This document shows, piece after piece, positions 18,323 through 27,821 of a DNA stretch of 64,000 bases. The stretch is taken from IMG/VR virus record IMGVR_UViG_3300031555_003442, positions 96,001-160,000 of that record. One strand, written 5' to 3'. A program made the translations under genes and the position numbers. Numbering within the stretch: the first letter of the stretch is position 1; each line of letters begins with the position of its first letter. The notes below the pieces were generated by a model, which was given only the letters and a program-made list of their open reading frames with translations, ran no database searches and was not told where the DNA came from. This DNA comes from a virus. Taxonomy: Duplodnaviria > Caudoviricetes.

Positions 18323-19456
18323 TTACATGATGTAGGTGTTCACAAACTCTCTGACGCAACCCTGCCCACCATTGGTTTTCATAATATGAATGTTTGGAAT
18401 GACTTTTACCGTTGAGTCTGCATCAGATGGGCAAGCGGCTATTCCAACTTCAGTCAAACAATCTATATCGCCTACATCGTCTCCTATATAAGCAACGTAT
18501 TCGAGATTGATACCAAGCTCAGAGCATAACCCCTTCAATACGGTTATTTTATCGGTTACTCCTTGGAATAAGTAATCAACGTGCATTTTCTTGGCTCGAT
18601 GAGAGACGATGTTTGTGTTTTCCCCAGTGATGATTGCTGTTTTAACATTGTTCTCATGCAACATCCTGAATGCTACACCATCCTTCGTATTGAACTTTTT
18701 CATCTCGTTACCGTCTTCGGTATAATACATACCGCCGTCAGTAAGGACTCCATCTACATCACTAACAAACAGTTTTATGTCTGATTTAGATTTACGCTTA
18801 GAACGCATAATGCTTTCGAGTATAGTCCAATCCGTTGGCTCGTCAATTTCCGTTCCCGTGTATTCTGGCATCTCGTATATACCAATCTTTCCGCTCAGTC
18901 GGTTTTTATCCCTCTTGATGTTCTGTACTGAATTGATATAGAATGCCCCGTTTTCCATATACATGCCATCGAAGTTTTGCCTCCGTGGTCTATTTCTATA
19001 ATCGTAGTTTTTGCTAGTGCCATCGGCATTCCAAAAGAACCTGAAATTTTTCACACACGTAAGAATGCTGTCGTACACTCCAGTGTGATACATTTGAAGT
19101 GCTTCTTCAAAATGTTTTGTTTCGGTCAATGGTGATGTCGCTTGTACTAATACGAAGGTTTCATCGGTTAGATTGGCCGCATTGATGTATTCAAGCATTA
19201 CACTTTCAGTGCTTGCGGTATCGTTAGCGTTCTCTTCAGACCTTCGGTAAACATAGACTTTTGTGTAGTGTCGTGATAACACCGTTTTCTCAATAATGTC
19301 GGAATCAGTTGCTACGATAATCTCGTCAACCGAACCGCAGGCTTCCAGTGCCTCGATATTCCAACAAACAAGAGGCTTTCCACAAAAGTCCTTGATGTTT
19401 TTCAACGGGATGGATTTGCTACCACCTCTAACAGGTATAAATGCAATCGTTTTCAT
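18323..19456 (-). CDS. neuA: acylneuraminate cytidylyltransferase fused to a KdsC/YrbI-type HAD phosphatase
   Basis: IPVRGGSKSIPLKNI, QATSP, ENGAFY and EID; C-terminal DVDGVLTDGG and YIGDDVGD. Confidence 0.93.
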   Translation of the reverse strand: MKTIAFIPVRGGSKSIPLKNIKDFCGKPLVCWNIEALEACGSVDEIIVATDSDIIEKTVLSRHYTKVYVYRRSEENANDTASTESVMLEYINAANLTDETFVLVQATSPLTETKHFEEALQMYHTGVYDSILTCVKNFRFFWNADGTSKNYDYRNRPRRQNFDGMYMENGAFYINSVQNIKRDKNRLSGKIGIYEMPEYTGTEIDEPTDWTILESIMRSKRKSKSDIKLFVSDVDGVLTDGGMYYTEDGNEMKKFNTKDGVAFRMLHENNVKTAIITGENTNIVSHRAKKMHVDYLFQGVTDKITVLKGLCSELGINLEYVAYIGDDVGDIDCLTEVGIAACPSDADSTVKVIPNIHIMKTNGGQGCVREFVNTYIM

Positions 19457-19457
19457 A

Positions 19458-20330
19458 TTACCACTTTACTTGGTTCTTCTTCAATTTGTTCCGCTGAACT
19501 TTTTCGATATCCAAGATATCCTCTTTCTTGTAGCTCAATGACTCATAAACAGCATGGACATCTCGGACAAGTTTCCTCATTCCGTCAGGTTCCAAACTTG
19601 CGGCGTGGTCAGTGCCCTTCCAGGTTCTGTCTAGGGTAAAGTGACGTTCTATCCATTGAGCACCAAGGGCGACTGCTGCACTGTCGACGGCAATTCCAAG
19701 ATGATGCCCAGAGAATCCGATTGATTTTACCCTTCCTGAATACAGCTCGATTAGTTTCGGCAATTCCAGAAGGCAGATATCCTTAAACGGTACTGGATAT
19801 CCGCTTGTGCAATTGTAAATCACCAAGTCCTTGTTTCTCTTATTGTCTTCGAAGAAACGGATAATCTGTTCTTCTTCATCTCGTGTTGTCATACCGAATG
19901 ACAAATGGATTTCTCCACCGAAATTATCACAGAGATATTGAAGCATCGGCTTGTTTAGGTTACATGCAGATGGTATTTTGATGAGACCTGGGTTCAGTGA
20001 GGCAATTTCCTTCGCTGATGTCATGTCCCAAACAGATGTGGAATACTCAATCTTGTATTCGTCACACCAGTCCTTCAACTGCTTGTGTTGGTCGAGAGAA
20101 AGTTCCAGAAATTCCCTGTGCTCTCCATAAGTGGCACCATACGAGTTTTCTGGGTGTGGATGCGGTGCGTTGTACTCTTCTGCGGTAAGCAGTTCCTTGG
20201 GGCAACGCTTTTGAAATTTAACCACATCGGCTTTGCAATATGTAGCCGCAGTTTCTATCAACTGCTTGGCTATGCTCATCTCACCCTTGTGGTTGCATCC
20301 GATTTCAGCTATGACTTTTGGGTAGTTCAT
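19458..20330 (-). CDS. neuB: N-acetylneuraminate / KDN-9-phosphate synthase family (short form without C-terminal antifreeze-like domain)
   Basis: VIAEIGCNHKG, VVKFQKR, KIPSA, CTSGYP, GFSGH and IERHFTLDRTWKGTDHAASLEP. Confidence 0.95.
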   Translation of the reverse strand: MNYPKVIAEIGCNHKGEMSIAKQLIETAATYCKADVVKFQKRCPKELLTAEEYNAPHPHPENSYGATYGEHREFLELSLDQHKQLKDWCDEYKIEYSTSVWDMTSAKEIASLNPGLIKIPSACNLNKPMLQYLCDNFGGEIHLSFGMTTRDEEEQIIRFFEDNKRNKDLVIYNCTSGYPVPFKDICLLELPKLIELYSGRVKSIGFSGHHLGIAVDSAAVALGAQWIERHFTLDRTWKGTDHAASLEPDGMRKLVRDVHAVYESLSYKKEDILDIEKVQRNKLKKNQVKW

Positions 20331-22324
20331 TTTTCACCTCCATTAGCAACAATGAATACTGTTATAAGTCGTTCAAATATATATCCGAAGAATAGATACT
20401 GATGGTCTTGTTTTTGGTCTGGATGGCACCAGTCCGTCCGTTTCTTCAACATGCGGTCGGAGAACTTGACATAATCCTCGTATGTACTTAGGTTGTTCCG
20501 AGTAATGATATCGTTCATTACGCTCCAGGCAAATTCCATACACTTAACAAAGAATTCCCATTTGTATATGCCATGTCCACCCATATAGAAGGTTGTCCCC
20601 TCAAATGGAGTGAGATATTTTGACGTCTCGCCGTATAGCTTTTTGATTGAGGTAATCATTTCTTTATACAATGGTTCACCATGAGAGAAAATGAAGCCTC
20701 CCTTCAGTGTTCTTCTTTCGCATACCTTCCTTTGAGGTATGAACATACGGTTCATCTTTTGCGGTAGGTCTAGTTGCTCTCTCCAATTAGCAAATCCAAC
20801 ATATGGGGAATATTTGTTGTTTTTCCATACATAATACATCTGAACAAATTCGCCGAAGAAATCATGCAGATTGTTCAGGCTATCTCCATCTATCGTTGAT
20901 GTTGTGTCGTATAATACATCAAATGGTTTTGAACGCAGCTTAGCTTTCAGTTCTGGCTTGTGGTACGCTACGTATAGTTTGGTCAAGTAGGCGTAATTTA
21001 TGTTTTTGTTGTTTGATACTGGCCTCTTTTGGCTTTGGGTTTCTAATGTATTCAAATCTGAATAGTAAACTCGTTTTTTAGCGATAACGTCTAGCCAATA
21101 GCCAAACGTGGTCTCGAATATGTATCCGATAACACGCTTATTTTTTTCCTTATTGAACCGAGATTCTTTCATCCATTTTTGAATAAGCGGAAAGATATAT
21201 GATGCGTACTCATTCAGCAAGGCGGAAGATGCGATGAACATATTGCAGTTTGCCGTATCTGCTATGGTAGTCCCGTATTTCTTCGTATTTAGTTTGGCAT
21301 ACCGCCAAAACTTATCACACTCTGCTTTAACCGTCTTGAATTTCGCTCTGTACAGGAAGTCATACCTTTTTATATTTTTCCTATATGATGCACAAATGCA
21401 ATCATACTTGCTAAGCAGTTCCTTGATTTCTTTCGAACGTAGGTATTGGCGTTTCTTGTTGATGAAATACCTACGATAGTGCTCCAATCCGACAATCTTC
21501 GCTTTACTATGTTTCCATAGGTAGTACAATCCTGTGCATTCGCAATACCATTGATTCATATCGTCAATGTTATCTAGCTTATGTTTCTTGTCACCAAAGA
21601 ACTTTGTTCTCGTTATGTCATTTGACGCTTCATTGAACGCATTGTCAGAACGACCTACGGTATAAATTTCTATCTCTTTCGGTGTGAAATATAAGTCTTG
21701 CTCTTCAGCATCAAAGTATCTGATGTTGTAGAAGTTGATTTCGAGTTTCAATTCATGCAACGTACCTTGCTTGATGCTAGGCATTAGACGTTTTCTATTG
21801 ATGTTGTCGACGGCTTTCTGTAGTTCAGCTTGAACGAACTCTTTGTATTCCTCCCTTGTCATATCATCCAACGCAACGGTTACGATGAGTTTGCGGTAAG
21901 ATGAGTTTGAATTGTTTGTTAGTTCGGATAGATGAGACTCTTCAATTTGCGTTAAACTTAGTGATTCTCGGTTGACAAAGTACCAATGCACCCTCTTTAC
22001 ATCCGTTTCAATGGGTGCTTCTTTCCATACGTCGTTTGAACTAAGCAATGTTGCATTGGCCGATTTGTGTTTTTGCTCTGACTTTCCTGATACTGCCACG
22101 GGACGAGTTGGTGTTGGGTGAGATGCGCTTCTCATCATCTCCTGCAAGGAATCTAGTGGTTTTCCGCTGTTAAATACGAAGTTGGGCATCTCCCTGCGTC
22201 TGGCTGTGGCTTCTGCGGTATCTCTTTCTACCTTAGATGGAAGCTTCGGATTTGTCACTGCGGGTACATTAACCCGAGGTGCATTACGCATCCTGTTCAG
22301 AATGTCTTCAAAAGACGTTCCCAT
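20327..22324 (-). CDS. glycosyltransferase-like protein with two DUF4422 (GT111-like) domains and a long N-terminal extension
   Basis: NQWYCECTGLYYLWKH..VGLEHYRRYF..GYIFET, and a second copy FGEFVQMYYVWKN..VGFANWR..GYIFERL; AAGGAG RBS before ATG 22324. Confidence 0.75.
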   Translation of the reverse strand: MGTSFEDILNRMRNAPRVNVPAVTNPKLPSKVERDTAEATARRREMPNFVFNSGKPLDSLQEMMRSASHPTPTRPVAVSGKSEQKHKSANATLLSSNDVWKEAPIETDVKRVHWYFVNRESLSLTQIEESHLSELTNNSNSSYRKLIVTVALDDMTREEYKEFVQAELQKAVDNINRKRLMPSIKQGTLHELKLEINFYNIRYFDAEEQDLYFTPKEIEIYTVGRSDNAFNEASNDITRTKFFGDKKHKLDNIDDMNQWYCECTGLYYLWKHSKAKIVGLEHYRRYFINKKRQYLRSKEIKELLSKYDCICASYRKNIKRYDFLYRAKFKTVKAECDKFWRYAKLNTKKYGTTIADTANCNMFIASSALLNEYASYIFPLIQKWMKESRFNKEKNKRVIGYIFETTFGYWLDVIAKKRVYYSDLNTLETQSQKRPVSNNKNINYAYLTKLYVAYHKPELKAKLRSKPFDVLYDTTSTIDGDSLNNLHDFFGEFVQMYYVWKNNKYSPYVGFANWREQLDLPQKMNRMFIPQRKVCERRTLKGGFIFSHGEPLYKEMITSIKKLYGETSKYLTPFEGTTFYMGGHGIYKWEFFVKCMEFAWSVMNDIITRNNLSTYEDYVKFSDRMLKKRTDWCHPDQKQDHQYLFFGYIFERLITVFIVANGGEK

Positions 22325-22356
22325 CTTTACGCTCTCCTTAGATATTTCTATCTTGT

Positions 22357-22368
22357 AGTTTATAAACT
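22357..22368. promoter_or_regulatory. palindromic bidirectional late promoter AGTTTATAAACT
   Basis: Contains TATAAACT on both strands, 33 and 29 nt from two divergent starts. Confidence 0.7.
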
Positions 22369-22396
22369 GATATCGTAACAAGGATTTTTACCACCT

Positions 22397-22756
22397 ATGA
22401 TAGAGACGCTTTGCTGGCTTTCCGGCATCCTCGGGGCATTCTTCTTCGCAATCAACCTTGCACCTCAGATAGTCAAGTGCTACCGTACCAAGTCCTGCGG
22501 GGGAATCAGCCGCATGTTCCTGGTATTCGCCTTCTGCGGCAACATATTCAGTGCGATATTCGTGCTGTACACGAACCTGAAGACGGGCCTGTGGCAGTAT
22601 CCAATCTATTTCAATTACGGAGTGGCCACCACCCTTACTGCCGTGCTCACTGTGATGAAGGTCCGCTACAGCCTCCGTTCCGCCCATGTAAGGAACTCGA
22701 TACCCATAATGGGTTATAACGGCTCGTTGGAATACATTTACGACGAGGCGGCTTGA
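22397..22756 (+). CDS. PQ-loop / SemiSWEET-like membrane protein
   Basis: LAPQIVKCYRTKSCGGIS, three transmembrane helices, YFNY. Confidence 0.82.
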   Translation: MIETLCWLSGILGAFFFAINLAPQIVKCYRTKSCGGISRMFLVFAFCGNIFSAIFVLYTNLKTGLWQYPIYFNYGVATTLTAVLTVMKVRYSLRSAHVRNSIPIMGYNGSLEYIYDEAA

Positions 22757-22781
22757 CAAAACCAGTAGAATCGTGTATATT
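22753..22781 (+). promoter_or_regulatory. sigma70-type (early) promoter
   Basis: TTGACA-N17-TATATT. Confidence 0.75.
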
Positions 22782-22789
22782 TAACTGGC

Positions 22790-23071
22790 ATGAAGAAGCT
22801 GAAGAAATACCTTTCCCTGATGGATGTCCCGTACACCGAGAAGGACAGCGGCGGCAAGCCGATGGTCCAGTTCGAGTACATGGGCGTCGTTTACGCCATC
22901 CTGCGGTCCGCATCCGGCAAGGACATGTACTGTGTCCTCATGGGTTACAACACAAGGGTTCCGAGCGGGCTCGTTATGGGGTTCGACAACTTGAAGGAAT
23001 GGGTCCACCGCCTGATGTATCCAGAAGATTTTGAATCGGAATTGGACGACCCCCTTGACATGTGGCTGTGA
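22790..23071 (+). CDS. hypothetical protein (nearly leaderless)
   Basis: ATG 9 nt after the -10 box. Confidence 0.65.
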   Translation: MKKLKKYLSLMDVPYTEKDSGGKPMVQFEYMGVVYAILRSASGKDMYCVLMGYNTRVPSGLVMGFDNLKEWVHRLMYPEDFESELDDPLDMWL

Positions 23072-23083
23072 ATTGCGTATATT
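23055..23083 (+). promoter_or_regulatory. sigma70-type (early) promoter
   Basis: TTGACA-N17-TATATT. Confidence 0.75.
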
Positions 23084-23113
23084 TAGGCTATGTCCACCAA
23101 ATGGAGATGAATC

Positions 23114-23383
23114 ATGGCCGAACAGATAAAAGCCCGTTGCGACAGCAACCAATTCAACCGTTGGGGCGCCACTGACGACCCCAAGGACCTTACGGTCGGA
23201 AAGGAATACGATGTCGACTTCGTTGTAATCCACGACAGTTACACCCAGGTCTACCTCGTAGGTGACTGCCATGCCTACAACTCGGGCAACTTCTCCTTCT
23301 TCGACAAGTACGGGGATGAAATCGACATTGTCGATTACTTCAACCACCAGCTCGGCATACACAAGTGTTGGCCGAAGAAGTAG
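23114..23383 (+). CDS. hypothetical protein
   Basis: GGAG RBS; LTVGKEYDV. Confidence 0.7.
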   Translation: MAEQIKARCDSNQFNRWGATDDPKDLTVGKEYDVDFVVIHDSYTQVYLVGDCHAYNSGNFSFFDKYGDEIDIVDYFNHQLGIHKCWPKK

Positions 23384-23386
23384 AGC

Positions 23387-23593
23387 ATGAGCGTAAAATG
23401 CAAGAAATTCCAGTGCTGGACGTGGAGTCCGTTCATGCTTGTCGGGATTTCCCCGAAGATTGAGTACTATTGCGGTGAATGCGGCAAGTACAACACGGGC
23501 CGTTTCGACTCCAATAGCTATGACAGGGAGGGCGGCCACCTGCGGTGCTCCCATTGCGGGACAGAAAATATAATTCCCGTGTCGGTTGTCTGA
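23387..23593 (+). CDS. Zn-ribbon hypothetical protein
   Basis: CGEC...CSHC. Confidence 0.65.
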   Translation: MSVKCKKFQCWTWSPFMLVGISPKIEYYCGECGKYNTGRFDSNSYDREGGHLRCSHCGTENIIPVSVV

Positions 23594-23604
23594 CGAGGTG
23601 CCCG

Positions 23605-23841
23605 ATGCCAATACACAAGTACGGAGTAGACCTACCTGAACGCTTCAAGGAGTATAAGCCATACTACCGTTACATGAAGCGTTGCAAGGGGTTCCGTGAA
23701 GCTCTAATGCATGGCGGAGCCGTAGTGCATGACTATGACTTGAATACGACCATGCATCTTAGGCTGCGAAAGGACGGCAAGACCATCTACGACGATGCCG
23801 CATGGTATTTCTTCGAACACACGCACGATGTGCTAACATAA
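23605..23841 (+). CDS. hypothetical protein
   Basis: GAGG RBS. Confidence 0.6.
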   Translation: MPIHKYGVDLPERFKEYKPYYRYMKRCKGFREALMHGGAVVHDYDLNTTMHLRLRKDGKTIYDDAAWYFFEHTHDVLT

Positions 23842-23865
23842 CAGGTAATTCAAAGGAGATTGACT

Positions 23866-24381
23866 ATGTTCTATATCGAACGAAGCGTGCAGGGCCCTCC
23901 CCTGTGCAGCGACATCCACGACTGCTACGGCATGATGGAAGACGGCGAACTCGGCTGGATTCGTGACGGCCTCCGTGCCATCGGTTTCGAGACCAAGATT
24001 GAAGCCGAAGATTTCGCAATGAGCCACGGTTTCAACCCCTGGGTTCCAGCCAGTGAGTACGACCCACGCTACCTCATCGTCGAGGAACTCCGTGTTCCCG
24101 AGATTGGCGACATCGTAAAGAAGCACAACGCAAGGCTCTCGGTTGGCATATTCGGTGGAGGCCCCATCATCTCGTGGGAAAACGAGAAGTACTGCATCAA
24201 GGTCGTGACCAACACAGACGTGGACAGCTCCCCGTCGAGGGACCGACCCGAGTACGTCTATGTCGTAGGCGCCCGTCTCATGGACACCGAAACCAATACG
24301 GTAGTCGACGAGGTTTTCAACCCGACCTACGAACAGATGGAAGATTTCGTCAACAAGGGCGTCACGGAACACGGGGTGTAA
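23866..24381 (+). CDS. hypothetical protein
   Basis: AAGGAG RBS. Confidence 0.7.
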   Translation: MFYIERSVQGPPLCSDIHDCYGMMEDGELGWIRDGLRAIGFETKIEAEDFAMSHGFNPWVPASEYDPRYLIVEELRVPEIGDIVKKHNARLSVGIFGGGPIISWENEKYCIKVVTNTDVDSSPSRDRPEYVYVVGARLMDTETNTVVDEVFNPTYEQMEDFVNKGVTEHGV

Positions 24382-24383
24382 CC

Positions 24384-24647
24384 ATGGTCAAGAAACCCAT
24401 CGAAGAACTGGTCGATGTCATAAAAGGCCATATCGACGAGAGCAAGCTCAGTATTGGCAGCGACCGTCTCCACATAACGGTTACCGACGAGGTGGACATC
24501 ATCATCGAGCTGTTCGGCCCGATGTACGACGTGTGGATTCAGAACCATGTCGAAGGCGAGGGCTGCACCGTGGCCAGGAACGAGGACCGCTTCCAGGTGG
24601 CATCCTTCATCCTGTCGGTATTTACATTGAACGGGGTAAAGAAATGA
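24384..24647 (+). CDS. hypothetical protein
   Basis: Operon spacing. Confidence 0.65.
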   Translation: MVKKPIEELVDVIKGHIDESKLSIGSDRLHITVTDEVDIIIELFGPMYDVWIQNHVEGEGCTVARNEDRFQVASFILSVFTLNGVKK

Positions 24648-25003
24648 CCACGAACGCTCCCAACAAGTACAAGCTCAATCCGTTGAAGATGCCTACCGTG
24701 GCGTCCCCCGCACCTCCCCCGATGAAAGGTGTGCCGTTCTTGGACATCTTTGCACTGCAAGAGGAAGTCAAAAGGCTCCGCAAGGAAAACGAGAATATCA
24801 AGAAGGGATTGCCAGTATGGAGGAAGGCATCTGGTCTCGACAATGTCGGCGACAACACGTGGTGCATCCTGTACAGCAGGCTATACGGCATTGGAATCGG
24901 GTATTGGAGCACTCACTACGGATGGATGTTCCACAAGGAAAACCTTATCCAGACGGACAGCGTCACCCACTGGATGCCGTTCCCAGACGCACCGAAGGAT
25001 TGA
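24644..25003 (+). CDS. DUF551-like domain protein
   Basis: C-terminal VTHWMPFPDAP. Confidence 0.7.
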   Translation: MTTNAPNKYKLNPLKMPTVASPAPPPMKGVPFLDIFALQEEVKRLRKENENIKKGLPVWRKASGLDNVGDNTWCILYSRLYGIGIGYWSTHYGWMFHKENLIQTDSVTHWMPFPDAPKD

Positions 25004-25005
25004 TT

Positions 25006-25251
25006 ATGCGATTCAGAATTATCAAGGAAACGATTGAAAAGGACGACGGGTCGACCCAAGTCTTTTTCTACCCGCAGAAGAAGGGATGGTTCTTCTGGAA
25101 CTACTTCTACTACTATGACGGAACCTGCCCGTTCGAATACCGTTTCGGGACAGCTGATGAAGCCGAGAGATTCATCGAAAGGGAAGTCAAGAACAACAGT
25201 CCTTCGGCTGTCGTAGTAGTGAAGGAATTTACAGTAAAGCGCAACGGGTAA
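25006..25251 (+). CDS. hypothetical protein
   Basis: MRFRII...YPQKKGWFFW. Confidence 0.65.
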   Translation: MRFRIIKETIEKDDGSTQVFFYPQKKGWFFWNYFYYYDGTCPFEYRFGTADEAERFIEREVKNNSPSAVVVVKEFTVKRNG

Positions 25252-25254
25252 ATC

Positions 25255-25770
25255 ATGGAAGAGCTTACCGAAGAACAGAAGAAATTCAAGGAGGAGTCGC
25301 TCGAACTCCTCAGACAGTCCAACGATGCCGACTACAAGAAGTTCCTGAAGAAGGTTAACGAACTTGCCAAGCGCAATCTCCCCCTCGATACGAAAATCGA
25401 GTACGTTACTGGACGTTGCTGCGGTTTTGAAGGCATCGGAATCATCCTCAGCGGCGTCATCAGGTGGAAAAACCAAATCATACTCGCCCGTTTCGACCGT
25501 CCGATGCGTACCAAGCGTGAAGGCGGGGAATGCCACGCATGTGTCGACATTTTCTCGCTTGGCCGTGCTACGCTCGAACTTGAACCTAAGCAGGGCGAGT
25601 ATGTCATCTTCGAGACCACCATCGGCGACAAGGACACGTTCTGCAAGATTGTCAACAGCATGTGGGACTACACAGACCATCGTGGATACCTCGTCGAAGA
25701 CCCGCACAAGATGTTCGGCTTGAAATCAAAGGCGGATGTACCAGATTTCGTTGAAACAGATAGGGAGTGA
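25255..25770 (+). CDS. hypothetical protein
   Basis: Operon spacing. Confidence 0.7.
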   Translation: MEELTEEQKKFKEESLELLRQSNDADYKKFLKKVNELAKRNLPLDTKIEYVTGRCCGFEGIGIILSGVIRWKNQIILARFDRPMRTKREGGECHACVDIFSLGRATLELEPKQGEYVIFETTIGDKDTFCKIVNSMWDYTDHRGYLVEDPHKMFGLKSKADVPDFVETDRE

Positions 25771-25783
25771 CGATTATCCGTAT

Positions 25784-25822
25784 AAAAGTTGGGCGTTCAT
25801 GCTGTGATGAACGCCCTTTTTC
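25784..25822. terminator. bidirectional intrinsic terminator
   Basis: GGGCGTTCAT-gctgtg-ATGAACGCCC with flanking A/T runs between convergent genes. Confidence 0.75.
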
Positions 25823-25832
25823 GTAACATTTT

Positions 25833-27593
25833 TTAGAATTCTAATTCTTCGTCTGGGTCCAGTTCATTCACTCGCCCGTTCCCGTCGTAGAACATGTCAT
25901 CGTCCGTGTCGTTTGGATTGTCTGAGTCATATTCTTCTTCGGATGTGCGTACACGTCCTCCGTAGGTCGGTGCTTCGTCTGGATACAATTCTGAGGCTAT
26001 ATCGTAATCGGAGGGGGTTTCATCTGCGGGTTCGTCTGTATTTGCGGGCAGCCATAGTATCTTGGTTACAACCTGGAATGGATGTCCTGGCTTATGATAT
26101 TCTTCATAACCCAATACATTACCGTTTTCATCTGGCTGGATGCTATCGAAACTCATGTGATTGACTTTTACGCTCAACGGATTGAACTCTGGAGTAGAAT
26201 ATCGTTGAAGCTTCGACACCTTGAACTCATCAGGCTCTCTGGTGGCAAGGTCACGGGCTTTCTTGTACCCGTTCAGGAAATCATCGTAAGTTTTGTCACG
26301 TCGTATACCCAATATGTTTTCACGGGAATTAGAGCTCATCTCGCCAATACATCCGACATCGGGCCCTTCTTTTTCGAGGGGGACCGAATTATCAAAGGCA
26401 TCGCTCGGTAACCAGATGTACTTTTCACTGATGTATTCAAATCCAGATTTCCTACCATATTCGAATCCCCAGGCGTTTCCATTTGTATCTTCAGGAATAC
26501 TATCGTAATTTACGTATTGTGCCTGGTTTTCCTCAGTATCAATGAGTGGCATACGATACTTTTTAATCGGTCCGACATCGCCATACGATGCAAATTTATC
26601 ACGCTGTTTCAGAAAATCAGCGTAACGCATCTTTGATAAGCTGCTTAAAGCTGAATGTCCATGCCGTGATACATAAACGAAGCCAATATCATCGTCGTCG
26701 GGTTCTTGTGTTTGTCCAAAAGAACCTTCGAGGCAAACCTTTGTTATCTTGCCGACCGCTTCCATCTGATTCTTGCTAAGGCCGAGCTGGCTTACGCCTT
26801 CCATGAAAATCTTGATTCTTTTATCCATATCGTTACCATTGGTGGATTCACCCAATAGTTTATCACTTTTCTTTTCCATGAAGTTTGTAATCGTCAGGCG
26901 GTCACCCATGATTTCCTTCAATCGGTTCAAATCTGGGTTGAACCCCTGTCTGGCAATATCGTCCCTGGCCCACAGGTTGAACAGGTCTTCATAAATGATA
27001 GCCTGCAAGTCCGTGTCGAATCGCTGCCATTTTTCGAAATCTCCATAGTATTTGGTGAATGTTAATGGATATACACGGGTTCCCTCACCCTTGTGTATGC
27101 GTCCCCACATGAGCTGTTCGATGTTCAGGTCTTCCATAGGAACGTTTTCACGAACGTTGATTGCACATGCTTGATTTCGTACACCAAATTCGTCTATTCG
27201 GTATTTTTTGATGTTTTCTGGGGTGCATTCAAGCGATACAATCAATGCTGCTTGACCTATATCTTCAATGAATGGCTTTCCCGTTGAAAACCATATACAA
27301 TTAGCTTCCCCGTTATCGTGGATGCGAAGGCCAGTAGTCAGAATGCTCCTAAGGTCATCATCGGTAAGCCCAGTCATGTAGCCGCAAATGTGGTACAGTT
27401 TAGGGTAGCTTGCTCCGTCTACCGCCTCTTGGAAGATGTGCATTTGTTGCAGATGTTCTTTCGCCTTTTTCTCGGATTTGTGCGAAGACAGGATTTCACC
27501 TGTTTCGTGGCTCTTGATTACCCACTCGGCCAGTTCGCCCTTTGAGTTGCGATGGCCTTTCATGTGGCAGACATATTCGTATAGAGGTTGCAT
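25833..27593 (-). CDS. multidomain putative virion (head-internal) protein with possible ADP-ribosyltransferase-like domain
   Basis: Late box 28 nt upstream; LYH..SILTTGL..IWFS segment; internal duplicated domain; acidic tail. Confidence 0.6.
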   Translation of the reverse strand: MQPLYEYVCHMKGHRNSKGELAEWVIKSHETGEILSSHKSEKKAKEHLQQMHIFQEAVDGASYPKLYHICGYMTGLTDDDLRSILTTGLRIHDNGEANCIWFSTGKPFIEDIGQAALIVSLECTPENIKKYRIDEFGVRNQACAINVRENVPMEDLNIEQLMWGRIHKGEGTRVYPLTFTKYYGDFEKWQRFDTDLQAIIYEDLFNLWARDDIARQGFNPDLNRLKEIMGDRLTITNFMEKKSDKLLGESTNGNDMDKRIKIFMEGVSQLGLSKNQMEAVGKITKVCLEGSFGQTQEPDDDDIGFVYVSRHGHSALSSLSKMRYADFLKQRDKFASYGDVGPIKKYRMPLIDTEENQAQYVNYDSIPEDTNGNAWGFEYGRKSGFEYISEKYIWLPSDAFDNSVPLEKEGPDVGCIGEMSSNSRENILGIRRDKTYDDFLNGYKKARDLATREPDEFKVSKLQRYSTPEFNPLSVKVNHMSFDSIQPDENGNVLGYEEYHKPGHPFQVVTKILWLPANTDEPADETPSDYDIASELYPDEAPTYGGRVRTSEEEYDSDNPNDTDDDMFYDGNGRVNELDPDEELEF

Positions 27594-27620
27594 AGGGGAA
27601 ACCAGATAGTTTTCCCCTAC

Positions 27621-27628
27621 AGTTTATA
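27621..27628 (-). promoter_or_regulatory. putative late promoter box TATAAACT
   Basis: 28 nt upstream of ATG 27593. Confidence 0.7.
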
Positions 27629-27630
27629 CC

Positions 27631-27810
27631 TCATGATAACGCATTACTGATGATATCCCGTGCGACTTCAATGCATGCATCACCAAATCGCCATCCGTTG
27701 TTGATGCGGTCATCGAACCTGTCGGCAATGTCCAATGCGTTGTTGCAGTTAGACAGTTGCTTAATATGGTACGAGACCACTTCCTTGTACTCTTGATAAT
27801 CTAACGCCAT
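27631..27810 (-). CDS. hypothetical protein
   Basis: AGGT RBS, in operon. Confidence 0.55.
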   Translation of the reverse strand: MALDYQEYKEVVSYHIKQLSNCNNALDIADRFDDRINNGWRFGDACIEVARDIISNALS

Positions 27811-27821
27811 TTTAATACCTA

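Noticed and set aside
17638-22324. Host capsule/LPS locus, i.e. the window being a bacterial chromosome
   Set aside because: No wzx/wzy or housekeeping genes, and the operon carries the same TATAAACT box as other phage genes in the window
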